From: Macrostomum lignano
Lineage: Eukaryota
Length of the DNA: 64,000 nt
NCBI GenBank assembly: GCA_002269645.1
Contig: NIVC01000056.1
Location: 124,001-188,000, forward strand
Direction: 5' to 3'
Below are positions 1-10,230 of this stretch, one piece after another. Position 1 is the stretch's first letter; each line of letters opens with the position of its first letter. Under the pieces are notes generated by a model, which was not told the DNA's origin, made no database searches, and worked only from the letters and a program-made list of their open reading frames with translations. A program made the translations under genes and the position numbers.

Positions 1-881
1 AGCGGCTTCAGCACGAGATACTCGCTCCGGCTAATCCGCTGGTGCCGAAGCTTCCGCGTCAGCCGGAGCGCCTCGGTTAGCGCCGTCTGCAGCACCCGAG
101 GCGCCGATTCGGGCGCGTTTGTCAGCTGAAGGTTGGCGCAGACACGCAGTTGACCGTCCGGCTCCCACTGGCTGCCCCAGGCGATTCTGGACACCACAGG
201 CGCCGGCCAGTTCTCTTCGAACAGGCGCTCCCGCTCGGCTGGCGCCAGGGCCTCCAGGCCCGGCAGCTGGCTGACCCAGCGTGCCATCGCAGCGGCGTGC
301 GAGTCGGCGGCGGACAGCAGCCGGATGGCGTTGCGCATTGCCTCCGGCAGCCAGTGCTCGGCCGCGAAGCTGACGTCGATGTTGAACTCGGCCGGCTCGA
401 TCTCGGCCAGGCGACACAGCAGCGGGTCGGTTTCCATGGCAACAGCAGCGTCGCCCAGTTCGCCGCCGTCAAAACTCACCGGCGGCGCCGAGTTTGTCGA
501 CGTAGCAGAAGATTCTGGCGAAGGCATCGCGGCGCTGCTGGAAGCTCCGCCGCCCGCAGCACAGGACGGCGACGCAACGGATGCGACGGTTTTCGACGAC
601 GCCTCTGCAGGATCCGCAGCCAGGGAGCGCACAAGGTCGGTCCGCATGCCGCAGCGCAGGCAGCGCTGGAACCGGCAGGCCTGGCAGAGCCTCCTCGTCG
701 CCTGGTGGATCTGGCAGCTGCCATTCTGCTCGCACCGGTAAGTCAGGCACTGCTGCACCGTCCGTTTGAAAAACGACTTGCAGGCCACGCACGTGACGAC
801 GCCGTAGTGCGCGCCGGCGCCCCGATCGCCGCAGATTCGGCAGCTGCCGCCGCCGCCGCCGCCGCTTCTGGTTGCCGACAT
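1..881 (-). CDS. Nuclear hormone receptor (C4 zinc-finger DBD plus ligand-binding domain), 3' end truncated by the window edge
   Basis: Frame not in the ORF track because it has no stop before base 1. ATG at 881 (in-frame TGA at 891-893). Translation MSATRSGGGGGGS-CRICGDRGAGAHYGVVTCVACKSFFKRTVQQCLTYRCEQNGSCQIHQATRRLCQACRFQRCLRCGM is a two-finger NR DBD. Downstream WVSQLPGLEALAPAERERLFEENW and ISRSEYLVLKPL match LBD signature segments. Confidence 0.93.
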   Translation of the reverse strand, partial: MSATRSGGGGGGSCRICGDRGAGAHYGVVTCVACKSFFKRTVQQCLTYRCEQNGSCQIHQATRRLCQACRFQRCLRCGMRTDLVRSLAADPAEASSKTVASVASPSCAAGGGASSSAAMPSPESSATSTNSAPPVSFDGGELGDAAVAMETDPLLCRLAEIEPAEFNIDVSFAAEHWLPEAMRNAIRLLSAADSHAAAMARWVSQLPGLEALAPAERERLFEENWPAPVVSRIAWGSQWEPDGQLRVCANLQLTNAPESAPRVLQTALTEALRLTRKLRHQRISRSEYLVLKP

Positions 882-1340
882 GCCGTTGCTTCAGGCGCTT
901 CAAGATTTCTGCCCAATGCACCAATTGCTTGATGATTAAAACAGTGTGGCTGGCTGGCTTACTCGCGGCAGGTACGGTGAGAGAGTCGTTTGTAAATATG
1001 TAGTTTTTCGTCTCACGCCTGCTCTCCTTCTCTGTTTTCTCTTCTCTGTACCGTTTCGCTCTGGAGAGCTCTAATAGTGCAGGTTGGATAGAATATCTGG
1101 ACCTCCCACCCTGCCCACAGTGCTATCTTTCAGTCAATACGTACACCGCATGCATGACAGCTCGCTTTGCCACTGTACAGTATTATCTCCCGTAGGGCAA
1201 GCCCTACCCCATAATCAACCTGCCCAGTCCTCACAGAACGAAATGTCACTCTTTAATAAGTTAATTAGTACACTGGCGATGCAGTGAAATCACTTGTAAA
1301 ATATTTTATTCTAATTACGAGCTATGTTTGATCTGTCACC

Positions 1341-3325
1341 TGTCTTCCCAGATCCTGCCCTGTCTTCCCAGATCCCCCTGTCTTCCCAGATCCTCCCTTG
1401 TCTTCCCAGATCCTCCCCTGTCTTCCCAGATCCCCCTATCTTCCCAGATCCTCCCCTGTCTTCCCAGATCCTCCCCTGTCTTCCCAGATCCCCCTGTCTT
1501 CCCAGATCCTCCCCTGTCTTCCCAGATCCTCCCCTGTCTTCCCAGATCCTCCCCTGTCTTCCCAGATCCTCCCCTGTCTTCCCAGATCCTCCCTTGTCTT
1601 CCCAGATCCTCCCTTGTCTTCCCAGATCCTCCCTTGTCTTCCCAGATCCTCCCCTGTCTTCCCAGATCCTCCCTTGTCTTCCCAGACCCTCCCCTGTCTT
1701 TCCAGACCCTCCCCTGTCTTCCCAGACCCTCCCCTGTCTTCCCAGATCCTCCCCTGTCTTCCCAGATCCTCTCTTGTTTTCCCAGATCCTCCCTTGTCTT
1801 CCCAGATCCTCTCTTGTCTTCCCAGATCCTCCCCTGTCTTCCCAGATCCTCCCTTGTCTTCCCAGACCCTCCCCTGTCTTCCCAGACCCTCCCCTGTCTT
1901 CCCAGATCCTCTCCTGTCTTTCCAGATCCTCCTGTCTCCCCAAACCCCCCCCCCCTGTCTTCCCAGATCCTCTCCTGTCTCCCCAATTCCCCCTGTCTTC
2001 CCAGATCCTCCCCTGTCTTCCCAGATCCTCCATTGTCTTCCCAGATCCTCCCTTGTCTTCCCAGATCCTCCCTTGTCTTCCCAGATCCTCCCCTGTCTTC
2101 CCAGATCCTCCCCTGTCTTCCCAGATCCTCCCCTGTCTTCCCAGATCCTCCCCTGTCTTCCCAGATCCTCCATTGTCTTCCCAGATCCTCCCTTGTCTTC
2201 CCAGATCCTCCCTTGTCTTCCCAGATCCTCCCTTGTCTTCCCAGATCCTCCCCTGTCTTCCCAGATCCTCCCCTGTCTTCCCAGATCCTCCCCTGTCTTC
2301 CCAGATCCTCCCTTGTCTTCTCAGATCCTCCCTTGTCTTCCCAGATCCTCCCTTGTCTTCCCAGATCCTCTCTTGTTTTCCCAGATCCTCCCCTGTCTTC
2401 CCAGATCCTCCCTTGTCTTCCCAGACCCTCCCCTGTCTTCCCAGACCCTCCCCTGTCTTCCCAGATCCTCTCCTGTCTTTCCAGATCCTCCTGTCTCCCC
2501 AAACCCCCCCCCCTGTCTTCCCAGATCCTCTCCTGTCTCCCCAATTCCCCCTGTCTTCCCAGATCCTCCCCTGTCTTCCCAGATCCTCCATTGTCTTCCC
2601 AGATCCTCCCTTGTCTTCCCAGATCCTCCCTTGTCTTCCCAGATCCTCCCCTGTCTTCCCAGATCCTCCCCTGTCTTCCCAGATCCTCCCCTGTCTTCCC
2701 AGATCCTCCCCTGTCTTCCCAGATCCTCCATTGTCTTCCCAGATCCTCCCTTGTCTTCCCAGATCCTCCCTTGTCTTCCCAGATCCTCCCTTGTCTTCCC
2801 AGATCCTCCCCTGTCTTCCCAGATCCTCCCCTGTCTTTCCAGATCCTCCCCTGTCTTCCCAGATCCTCCCTTGTCTTCTCAGATCCTCCCTTGTCTTCCC
2901 AGATCCTCTCTTGTCTTCCCAGATCCTCCCCTGTCTTCCCAGATCCTCCCTTGTCTTCCCAGACCCTCCCCTGTCTTCCCAGACCCTCCCCTGTCTTCCC
3001 AGATCCTCCCCTGTCTTCCCAGATCCTCTCTTGTTTTCCCAGATCCTCCCTTGTCTTCCCAGATCCTCTCTTGTCTTCCCAGATCCTCCCCTGTCTTCCC
3101 AGATCCTCCCCTGTCTTCCCAGATCCTCCCCTGTCTTCCCAGATCCTCCCTTGTCTTCCCAGATCCCCCCTTGTCTTCCCAGATCCCCCCTTGTCTTCCC
3201 AGATCCCCCCTTGTCTTTCCAGACCCTCCCTTGTCTTCCCAGATCCCCCCTTGACTTCCCAGACCGGAGTCTTCCCAGACCCTCCCCTGTCTTTCCCTCT
3301 CTGCTGTCTCCCCAAGTCCCCTGTC
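1341..3325. repeat. 20-bp pyrimidine-rich minisatellite (CCCAGATCCTCCCCTGTCTT)n with an internal ~559-bp higher-order duplication
   Basis: Direct reading. The variant block CCTGTCTCCCCAAACCCCC...CCCCAATTCCC recurs at about 1921 and 2480. Explains the all-frame open ORFs. Confidence 0.97.
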
Positions 3326-3340
3326 TTCACTCAATTTGTA

Positions 3341-4555
3341 TTCACTCAGGTTTCACTCCGTTCTCACTCAGGTTTCACTCCGTTCTCACTCAGGTTTCAC
3401 TCCGCTCTGACTCTAACGCCACGACCCCTGGTTCGATCCCGTGCGCGAACACGTATTTTTTGTGGCTTGTGCTTCGGCCCGGTAAACTGTACAACAGAAT
3501 TTCAAACTCGTGGACTATTTAAGGTTAAATGCAATTTGCTGGAATTTCGCATCCACCCAGTCTCTGCCCCTAGCGTTTGATTCAGATGCAAAAAAATAGC
3601 AGCAGTCAACAGGCAGCAGAAATCCTTTGACGCAGATCAGGACGTCTTTTTAATTAACCAGCAACGCACATCGCAGCTGTTTTCCGTCTCGGAGGAGCCG
3701 ATGCAAAAGCAGAATTAATAAATTATATTTGAGGAGAGGCCTGCAGAGCCGACCCGAGAACATGAGAGACAGGGAGGGTAGTAGGCTCGGATTGCGAATA
3801 TGGGAGAGAAGCCAAGAGAAGAGGGATGCGGTGACTGGAATAGATACCCGCTCGTATGTACTTTTCATTTTGGGCTGATTTTCTAATAATTTCAAGGAAA
3901 CGCATAATATAATGATATTATTATTCGCAGCCTAGCGAAACGCCTTCGGCGACGGCAATTCTGCTCATTCCGCTGACTTCTGAGCACACACAAGCGCGCC
4001 AATCATGTACACGATCTGCTCTGCGAGCGGAGTGAAACCTGAGTGACAGTAGAGTGAAACCTGAGTGAGAGCGGAGTGAAACCTATGTGAGAGCGGAGTG
4101 AAACCTGAGTGACAGCGGAGTGAAACCTGAATGGGAGCGGAGTGAAACCTGAGTGACAGCAGAGTGAAACCTGAGTGAGAGCGGAGTGAAACCTGAGTGA
4201 CAGCAGAGTGAAACCTGAGTGAGAGCGGAGTGAAACCTGAGTGACAGCAGAGTGAAACCTAAGTGAGAGCGGAGTGAAACCTGAATGGGAGCGGAGTGAA
4301 ACCTAAGTGAGAGCGGAGTGAAACCTGAATGGGAGCGGAGTGAAACCTAAGTGAGAGCGGAGTGAAACTTAATTGAGAGCAGAGTGAAACCTAATCGAGA
4401 GCGGAGTGAAACCTAATTGAGAGCAGAGTGAAACCTAAGTGAGAGCGGAGTGAAACCTAAGTGAGAGCGGAGTGAAACCTACGTGAGAGCGGAGTGAAAC
4501 CTAATTGAGAGCGGAGTGAAACCTAATTGAGAGCGGAGTGAAACCTAAGTGATAG
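3341..4555. repeat. Inverted pair of 20-bp minisatellite arrays (3341-3410 and 4025-4555) around a ~620-bp spacer; foldback-like
   Basis: Left unit CTCACTCAGGTTTCACTCCG is the reverse complement of right unit CGGAGTGAAACCTGAGTGAG. The spacer begins with a tRNA B-box-like GGTTCGATCCC near 3440. Confidence 0.8.
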
Positions 4556-5184
4556 CGTTAACAAGCCCGAAGTGTTTGCGACTCTGGATGCCATCATCAA
4601 ACACCTTTATCTCATCATTCCCGCCGGACCCTGCCGAAAATCAAGCAAGATTTTAGCGCCAAAATTGGGACAATTGAGGAACACACAATGTCAAACTGAC
4701 AAAAAAGATATGCTATGGTATAGATATGCAGATAGCTTTAATTATCCGAGAAAATATTTATTATATTATTCAAAATTTTCAAAGCAAGCAAGCAAGTTTA
4801 GAAAGTAAAATATTCAACAAAACAAAGCATATTTCACCCAAAAAGCAGATCTAGGTAAATTATAGACAGACGCTTGAATCAAAGCAGAGCACAGTCTAAT
4901 GTAAGATTACAGCCAAACTACTATCAGTAGCATAAGAAGCAAGTATTTTACGATAGATTTATTCAACAATGTGCCACTCAAAGCGATAGAGTTTAAATTT
5001 GAGTTTAGAATCAACAAAACTTAGAAGCTTCGTGTCAAGGACTTCAAGTTTCTAGTCCAGTTGACTTATAGACGTCCTCGTTTCTTGTCTCTTCTCTCCA
5101 CTTAGTACTTGTTAGGGAACTACGTGCACTAATAAAACGTGAGCTTGAGTACAGAGTCAATGCCGACTGGTACACCGTCAGTGG

Positions 5185-6816
5185 CTATTGGCAGTCTTTC
5201 CTTGGGTTTCTGCTCCAAGGCAGGGGCTGCAGGTTCCTGGAGTCTGGCCACAGGTAGCGGTCCTCGTACTCGGTCGTCCGCGCCTCCGGCTCCGCCTTCA
5301 TCAGCGGCCGGCCAATCACGGAGAAGTCCGGCTGCGGATTGATGACGTAATCAAACTTAGTGCTCGCCGTTTTCGGGCGCAGGTAGCGGTCCTTGTACTC
5401 GGTTGTGCCGGGGAACTTCGTCGGAATGCCTGCCAGCTCCTGAGGTGTCCGCTGCTGCTGCGGCTGCTGCTGGTCGTCGCAAGAAGCGGCGACACAGTCG
5501 AAGGTCTGACGGCACAACGGCGCCGACTTCTGACGCAGGTTGAACCTGCAAGGAGTTGGGATGGTCAGGCGCTCGGTTTCGGCTGGCTGACAAAACCTGA
5601 ACGACGCTTCCTGCATCTGTGCACAGCTGCCTACCTGCGAGCCTGCGTATTCAATCCCATTATTCCATAAATCTCACGCCTTCCATCTCAGCATGACCAT
5701 GTCTTTAACTTAATAACCTCTTGCACCATACTTAGTCTCACCCTACACCCCTACTCAGTCTGACTCTACACCCCTACTCAGTCTCATCCTTACACCCCTA
5801 CTCAGTCTCACCCTACACCCCTACTCAGTCTGACTCTACACCCCTACTCAGTCTCATCCTTACACCCCTACTCAGTCTCACCCTACACCCCTACTCAGTC
5901 TGACTCTACACCCCTACTCAGTCTCATCCTTACACCCCTACTCAGTCTCACCCTACACCCCTACTCAGTCTGACTCTACACCCCTACTCAGTCTCACCCT
6001 ACACCCCTACTCAGTCTGACTCTACACCCCTACTCAGTCTCACCCTACACCCCTACTCAGTCTGACTCTACACCCCTACTCAGTCTCATCCTTACACCCC
6101 CACTCAGTCTCACCTTTACGAGTTCACTCTTACTCAGTCTCACACTGCTCCAACTCAGTCTCACCCTACACCCCAACTCAGTCTCACCCTACACCTACTC
6201 CTACACCCTATCCCAATTCAGTCTCACCGCTTCGGCGGCCCGCTGTTGGCCAGGGTCTCCGGCACGAACTTGGGATGGCAGAGCCTCGGAAAGTCGGCGT
6301 CGCCCCGGCGCCATTGCGGATCGAAGCGCAGCGGCTCTCGCGACCCCTGGCGAGGTTGTTCCTGTAGCCGGTGAACCGGTCCGTCACGCCCACCCAGTCG
6401 CAGAACCGCTGCACCCGGTTGTGCGCAGCCATCGCGTTCGGGTCGAACTCGCGTCTGAAGCCCCGCAGCCCGTCCAGCGCCGCCGACTGGTTGGCAGCCG
6501 ACTGGCCATCGGTCAGCGTCTCGGCGAATTCCTTGGACATGGCGGCGCGGTAGTCCTGCAGGAAGGCCTCGCCGCGCCGCAGAGCGTCAGTGCTTCGCTC
6601 GCGATGCTCGGCGACCTCCGAGCAGGGGACTCGCTGCCGCCAGAGCTCGGACCGGTCCAAGAAGTGGTTGTCCAGCTTCATGTGCCGCAGCCCGTTGTCC
6701 ACCGCGGACAGGTGCTGGCAGACCGGCTGGGTGAGCTGGTAGCGCTCCGGGTCGCAGGTCTCCAGCACACTGCGGTGGGCCGCCCGCACTGTGCAGTCAA
6801 AAGCCGCCGAGGCCAT
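5185..6816 (-). CDS. Uncharacterised protein, probably two exons (6816-6228, 5642-5185); the C-terminal exon has two TTEYxDRYLxP repeats resembling microtubule-binding repeats of the MAP6/SAXO/MDM1 type
   Basis: ORFs 6208..6816 and 5185..5616 join in frame through a phase-1 donor G|GTGAGA (6228/6227) and acceptor CGCAG|GC (5643/5642). Repeats: KFPGTTEYKDRYLRP and ARTTEYEDRYLWP. Family call is by recalled motif similarity only; the two ORFs could be separate genes. Confidence 0.5.
5735..6227. repeat. Intronic ~23-bp minisatellite (CCCCTACTCAGTCTCACCCTACA) with ~70-bp higher-order unit
   Basis: Direct reading. Confidence 0.93.
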
Positions 6817-7549
6817 TTCTCTTCAGAGTGAATCGACGGCAAAGAGCCTCAGAGTAAACTGGCTTTCCCGTTGCAGAACTTGGCTGTAGCTCTGCTTTCC
6901 ACCTGCTAATGAAGACAGAGCTTATGCCTAGGGCTGGTCTCTAACCCCGCCTCCACTCCACCTCTCGCCCTCCATCTGCTCATAGCCTTGGAAACCATGG
7001 ATATGCTTTCTTGGCCATCTCTCTGCCCCCCTGCCTCTGCAACTGCCAACTAGTCAACTCTGTGCATCTCCACATTTCCTTTGCTTCCAAGATAAATGCG
7101 CAGAGGGGTGGAGGGGGGGGGGGCGGCAGACAGATCTCGCGAGCCTGAACTGCAATGGAAAGTTTACAAGCCATCGTCTGGTCTCCGCCTTCTCCCCTGT
7201 GCCTGCCTGCCTGCATTAACTCCGTGCAACTGAGCTGCTTTTTTGTAAACCAGAGCGAGCACAGCAAACCGCTTCTCAACCGCTAAGCCGGTAAATGATG
7301 AAGCGACAGCCGAGGCTTCTTGAAGCATTGAAAAGCCAAGCCGCTGGGTTTTTTTATCTTCTAGACAGCTTCATCTCAATCTGAGAGTTGCAGTGCAGAG
7401 TCTGCAACACGCCTACATGGAACTGACTACTCGTAGTACTATAAACCATTTTTATATAAAACTCAAAACTCTGTTGAGGCAGACAGTTAAAAAATTAATT
7501 GCTTTTCCGTCTCTGTTTCAGTGCAGTTGCTCTCTAATGCAATGTTTTT

Positions 7550-8655
7550 CATCTCGCTCAGTCTCATCTTGTATCAACCAGTCTCACACTGTCTCACACT
7601 GTCTCACTCTGTCTCACTCAGTCTCACCCTGTCTCACTCAGTCTCACTTATTCTCTTCCTGTCTCACTCAGTCTCACCCTGTCTCAACTCAGTCTCACCC
7701 AGTCTCACTCATTCTCTTCCTGTCTCATTCATTCTCACCCTGTCTCACCCAGTCTCTCACTGTCTCACTTATTCTCTTCCTGTCTCACTCAGTCTCACCT
7801 TGTATCACCCAATCTCACACTGTCTCACACTGTCTCATTCTGTCTCACCCAGTCTCACTCAGTCTCACCCTGTCTCACTCAGTCTCAACTGTCTCACCCA
7901 TTCTCTTCCTGTCTCACTCAGTCTCACCCTGTCTCACTCAGTCTCACCCTGTCTCACTCAGTCTCACACTGTCTCACTCATTCTCTTCCTGTCTCACTCA
8001 GTCTTACCCTGTCTCACCCAGTCTCTCACTGTCTCACTTATTCTCTTCCTGTCTCACTCAGTCTCACCTTGTATCACCCAATCTCACACTGTCTCACACT
8101 GTCTCATTCTGTCTCACCCAGTCTCACTCAGTCTCACCCTGTCTCACTCAGTCTCAACTGTCTCACCCATTCTCTTCCTGTCTCACTCAGTCTCACCCTG
8201 TCTCACTCAGTCTCACCCTGTCTCACTCAGTCTCACCCTGTCTCACCCATTCTCTTCCTGTCTCACTCAGTCTCACCCTGTCTCACTCAGTCTCAACTGT
8301 CTCACTCATTCTCTTCCTGTCTCACCCAATCTCACCCAGTCTCACTCAGTCTCACACTGTTTCACACTGTCTCATTCTGTCTCACCCAGTCTCACTCAGT
8401 CTCCCCCTGTCTCACTCAGTCTCAACTGTCTCACCCATTCTCTTCCTGTCTCACTCAGTCTCACCCTGTCTCACTCAGTCTCACCCTGTCTCACTCAGTC
8501 TCACACTGTCTCACCCATTCTCTTCCTGTCTCACTCAGTCTCACACTGTTTCACTCAGTCTCAAACTGTCTCACTCAGTCTCACACTGTCTCACTCAGTC
8601 TCACTCAGTCTCACTCACTCTCTCCGTCTCACTCAGTCTCACCCTCTCTGACTGA
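7550..8655. repeat. 10-bp-based minisatellite (CTCAGTCTCA/CCCTGTCTCA)
   Basis: Direct reading. Same CAGTCTCAC core as the 5735-6227 array and reverse complement of the 10320-10830 array. Confidence 0.95.
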
Positions 8656-9261
8656 AACTCGTATATCTTAACTCCTAAAAGGTGGATCCAAGACTTTGCG
8701 ATTTTCTATAGACTGGTTGACACGATCGGCCCCCAAAAGCCATAGTAACACGCTCTGAGGTCAAGCGACAGCCGGAACGCACTGTTTTGTCAATGTTAGC
8801 AAAACAGCAAGTCTAAAAAAGGTGCAACGGGTGTGACTCAGTGCTTTTTCCGTTGAACACATCTTCCGCCATTTCTGCAACTAATATTTATTGCGCGTGT
8901 CCCTGGTCGCATGGAGCACGCGGCTTGACTGACAGCGGCCCTGCTGCTGCAGCTGCCGCATCTCCGCAGGGGCTCGGCCTGTCTGCTTTTGGGCGACACA
9001 TTTTGCCAACAGAATTTCTGGCTTCCGTTCCCTTAGTTGTCTTTTAACGCTCCAATCGACCGCTGCGGAGATCGCCAACAAGACAGCTTTCTTTATGTAG
9101 CCGCAATATACAAGGTATTCAGCCAGGTACACTTAGCTTCATTCAAGGACCGCCAACTCGTACAAGTAATGATTGAAACTAATATTGCTGCCGCAAATCA
9201 AGTCGACTGCAAAGAGGCAGTCAGTCAGGCTCATACCGCTGACCCCTGAGCACGTACACAT

Positions 9262-9460
9262 GCTCACACAGGGTGTACGGCAGGGTGTACAGCAGGGTGT
9301 ACAGCAGGCTTTACAGCAGGGTGTACAGCAGGGTGTACGAGTACAGCAGGGTGTACAGCAGGGTGTACAGCAGGATGTATAGCAAGCTTTACAGCAACGT
9401 GTACAGCAGGGTGTACAGCAGGGTGTACAACAGGGTGTACAGCAGGGTGTACAGCAGGGA
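9262..9460. repeat. 12-bp minisatellite (CAGGGTGTACAG)n
   Basis: Direct reading. Confidence 0.92.
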
Positions 9461-10230
9461 CTTTGCTCAAGCTAGATCAATAACTATTCAATTGGAATCA
9501 GCGCAAGTTCCAGTTGTATCCGTTCACAATCCGGGTTGCATTCGGGTGAATTATGTGAGCAATTATTCAATGGGAACCCTGTTTCTGGGCAATCCCAGAA
9601 CTCGGGGGCTCCCAGATGATTTATGGTTTTCGACAGTTGCGTTCAACTTGTTGAGTTCCAATTGGCGAAAGCGGTGGCAGCTTCGTAGAGTAGCAGAGCT
9701 GCCCCCGCTGATGCAGCAGCTCAGCTCTGCCAGTTGGCATGGATAATTGCTGGTCAGAATTTAATAGCCAGACTCTGCTTCCGCAGCAGCAATTATCTTT
9801 AGAAGCAAAGCGGCTGGCTGAACTGCGATAGGGGCCCAATTGGATGTTTCTGTCGAGAAAAAAAAACTTGACTTTCCAAAGCAACAAGCAGGCGTCTGTC
9901 TGCTCCTGCCTCTAGGAGTGGGCGCGCGGGTCCTGCTGGGATTGCTTGCTGCTTGCTGCTTTGGGCCTGCAGGGACCCGGGCCAGAGGGTCAAATCATTC
10001 CCCAGCCACCCTGTCAACCAGCGGAAGCCTCGCCGTTCGAGCGCCTCTCGGTCTGCCCCCCTCCCCCCAGGTCCCCCGCCGAATAAAATTCCATGCAGCA
10101 GCGCCCGAGCCTCTTCAATGGAAACCGATTTAGAAGAATTCTCTTGCTTCAACCAGCGGGTGTGAAAACCCACTGCCGCACTGATCCGCGTGTGAACTGT
10201 CTTTGAGAGCGACGCATTGTGGAACAGCTG

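Noticed and set aside
31-932. Six listed ORFs in the first kilobase
   Set aside because: Shadow frames of the nuclear receptor CDS, which lies in an unlisted minus frame.
3415-3465. tRNA gene candidates here and at about 37297 and 38230
   Set aside because: Only A/B-box-like fragments without a full cloverleaf; better explained as SINE heads.
1311-3580. Very long ORFs in most frames (400-750 aa)
   Set aside because: Translations of a stop-free 20-bp minisatellite; no domain content or splice support.
7270-7390. C/D-box snoRNA-like motifs (ATGATGA ... CTGA)
   Set aside because: No terminal stem or identifiable antisense target; motifs are short enough to occur by chance.
9799-10173. Minus-strand ORF (ARALLHGILFGG...) considered as a divergent gene
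   Set aside because: No recognisable domain or splice partner; GC-rich region more likely the RTK promoter and 5' UTR.
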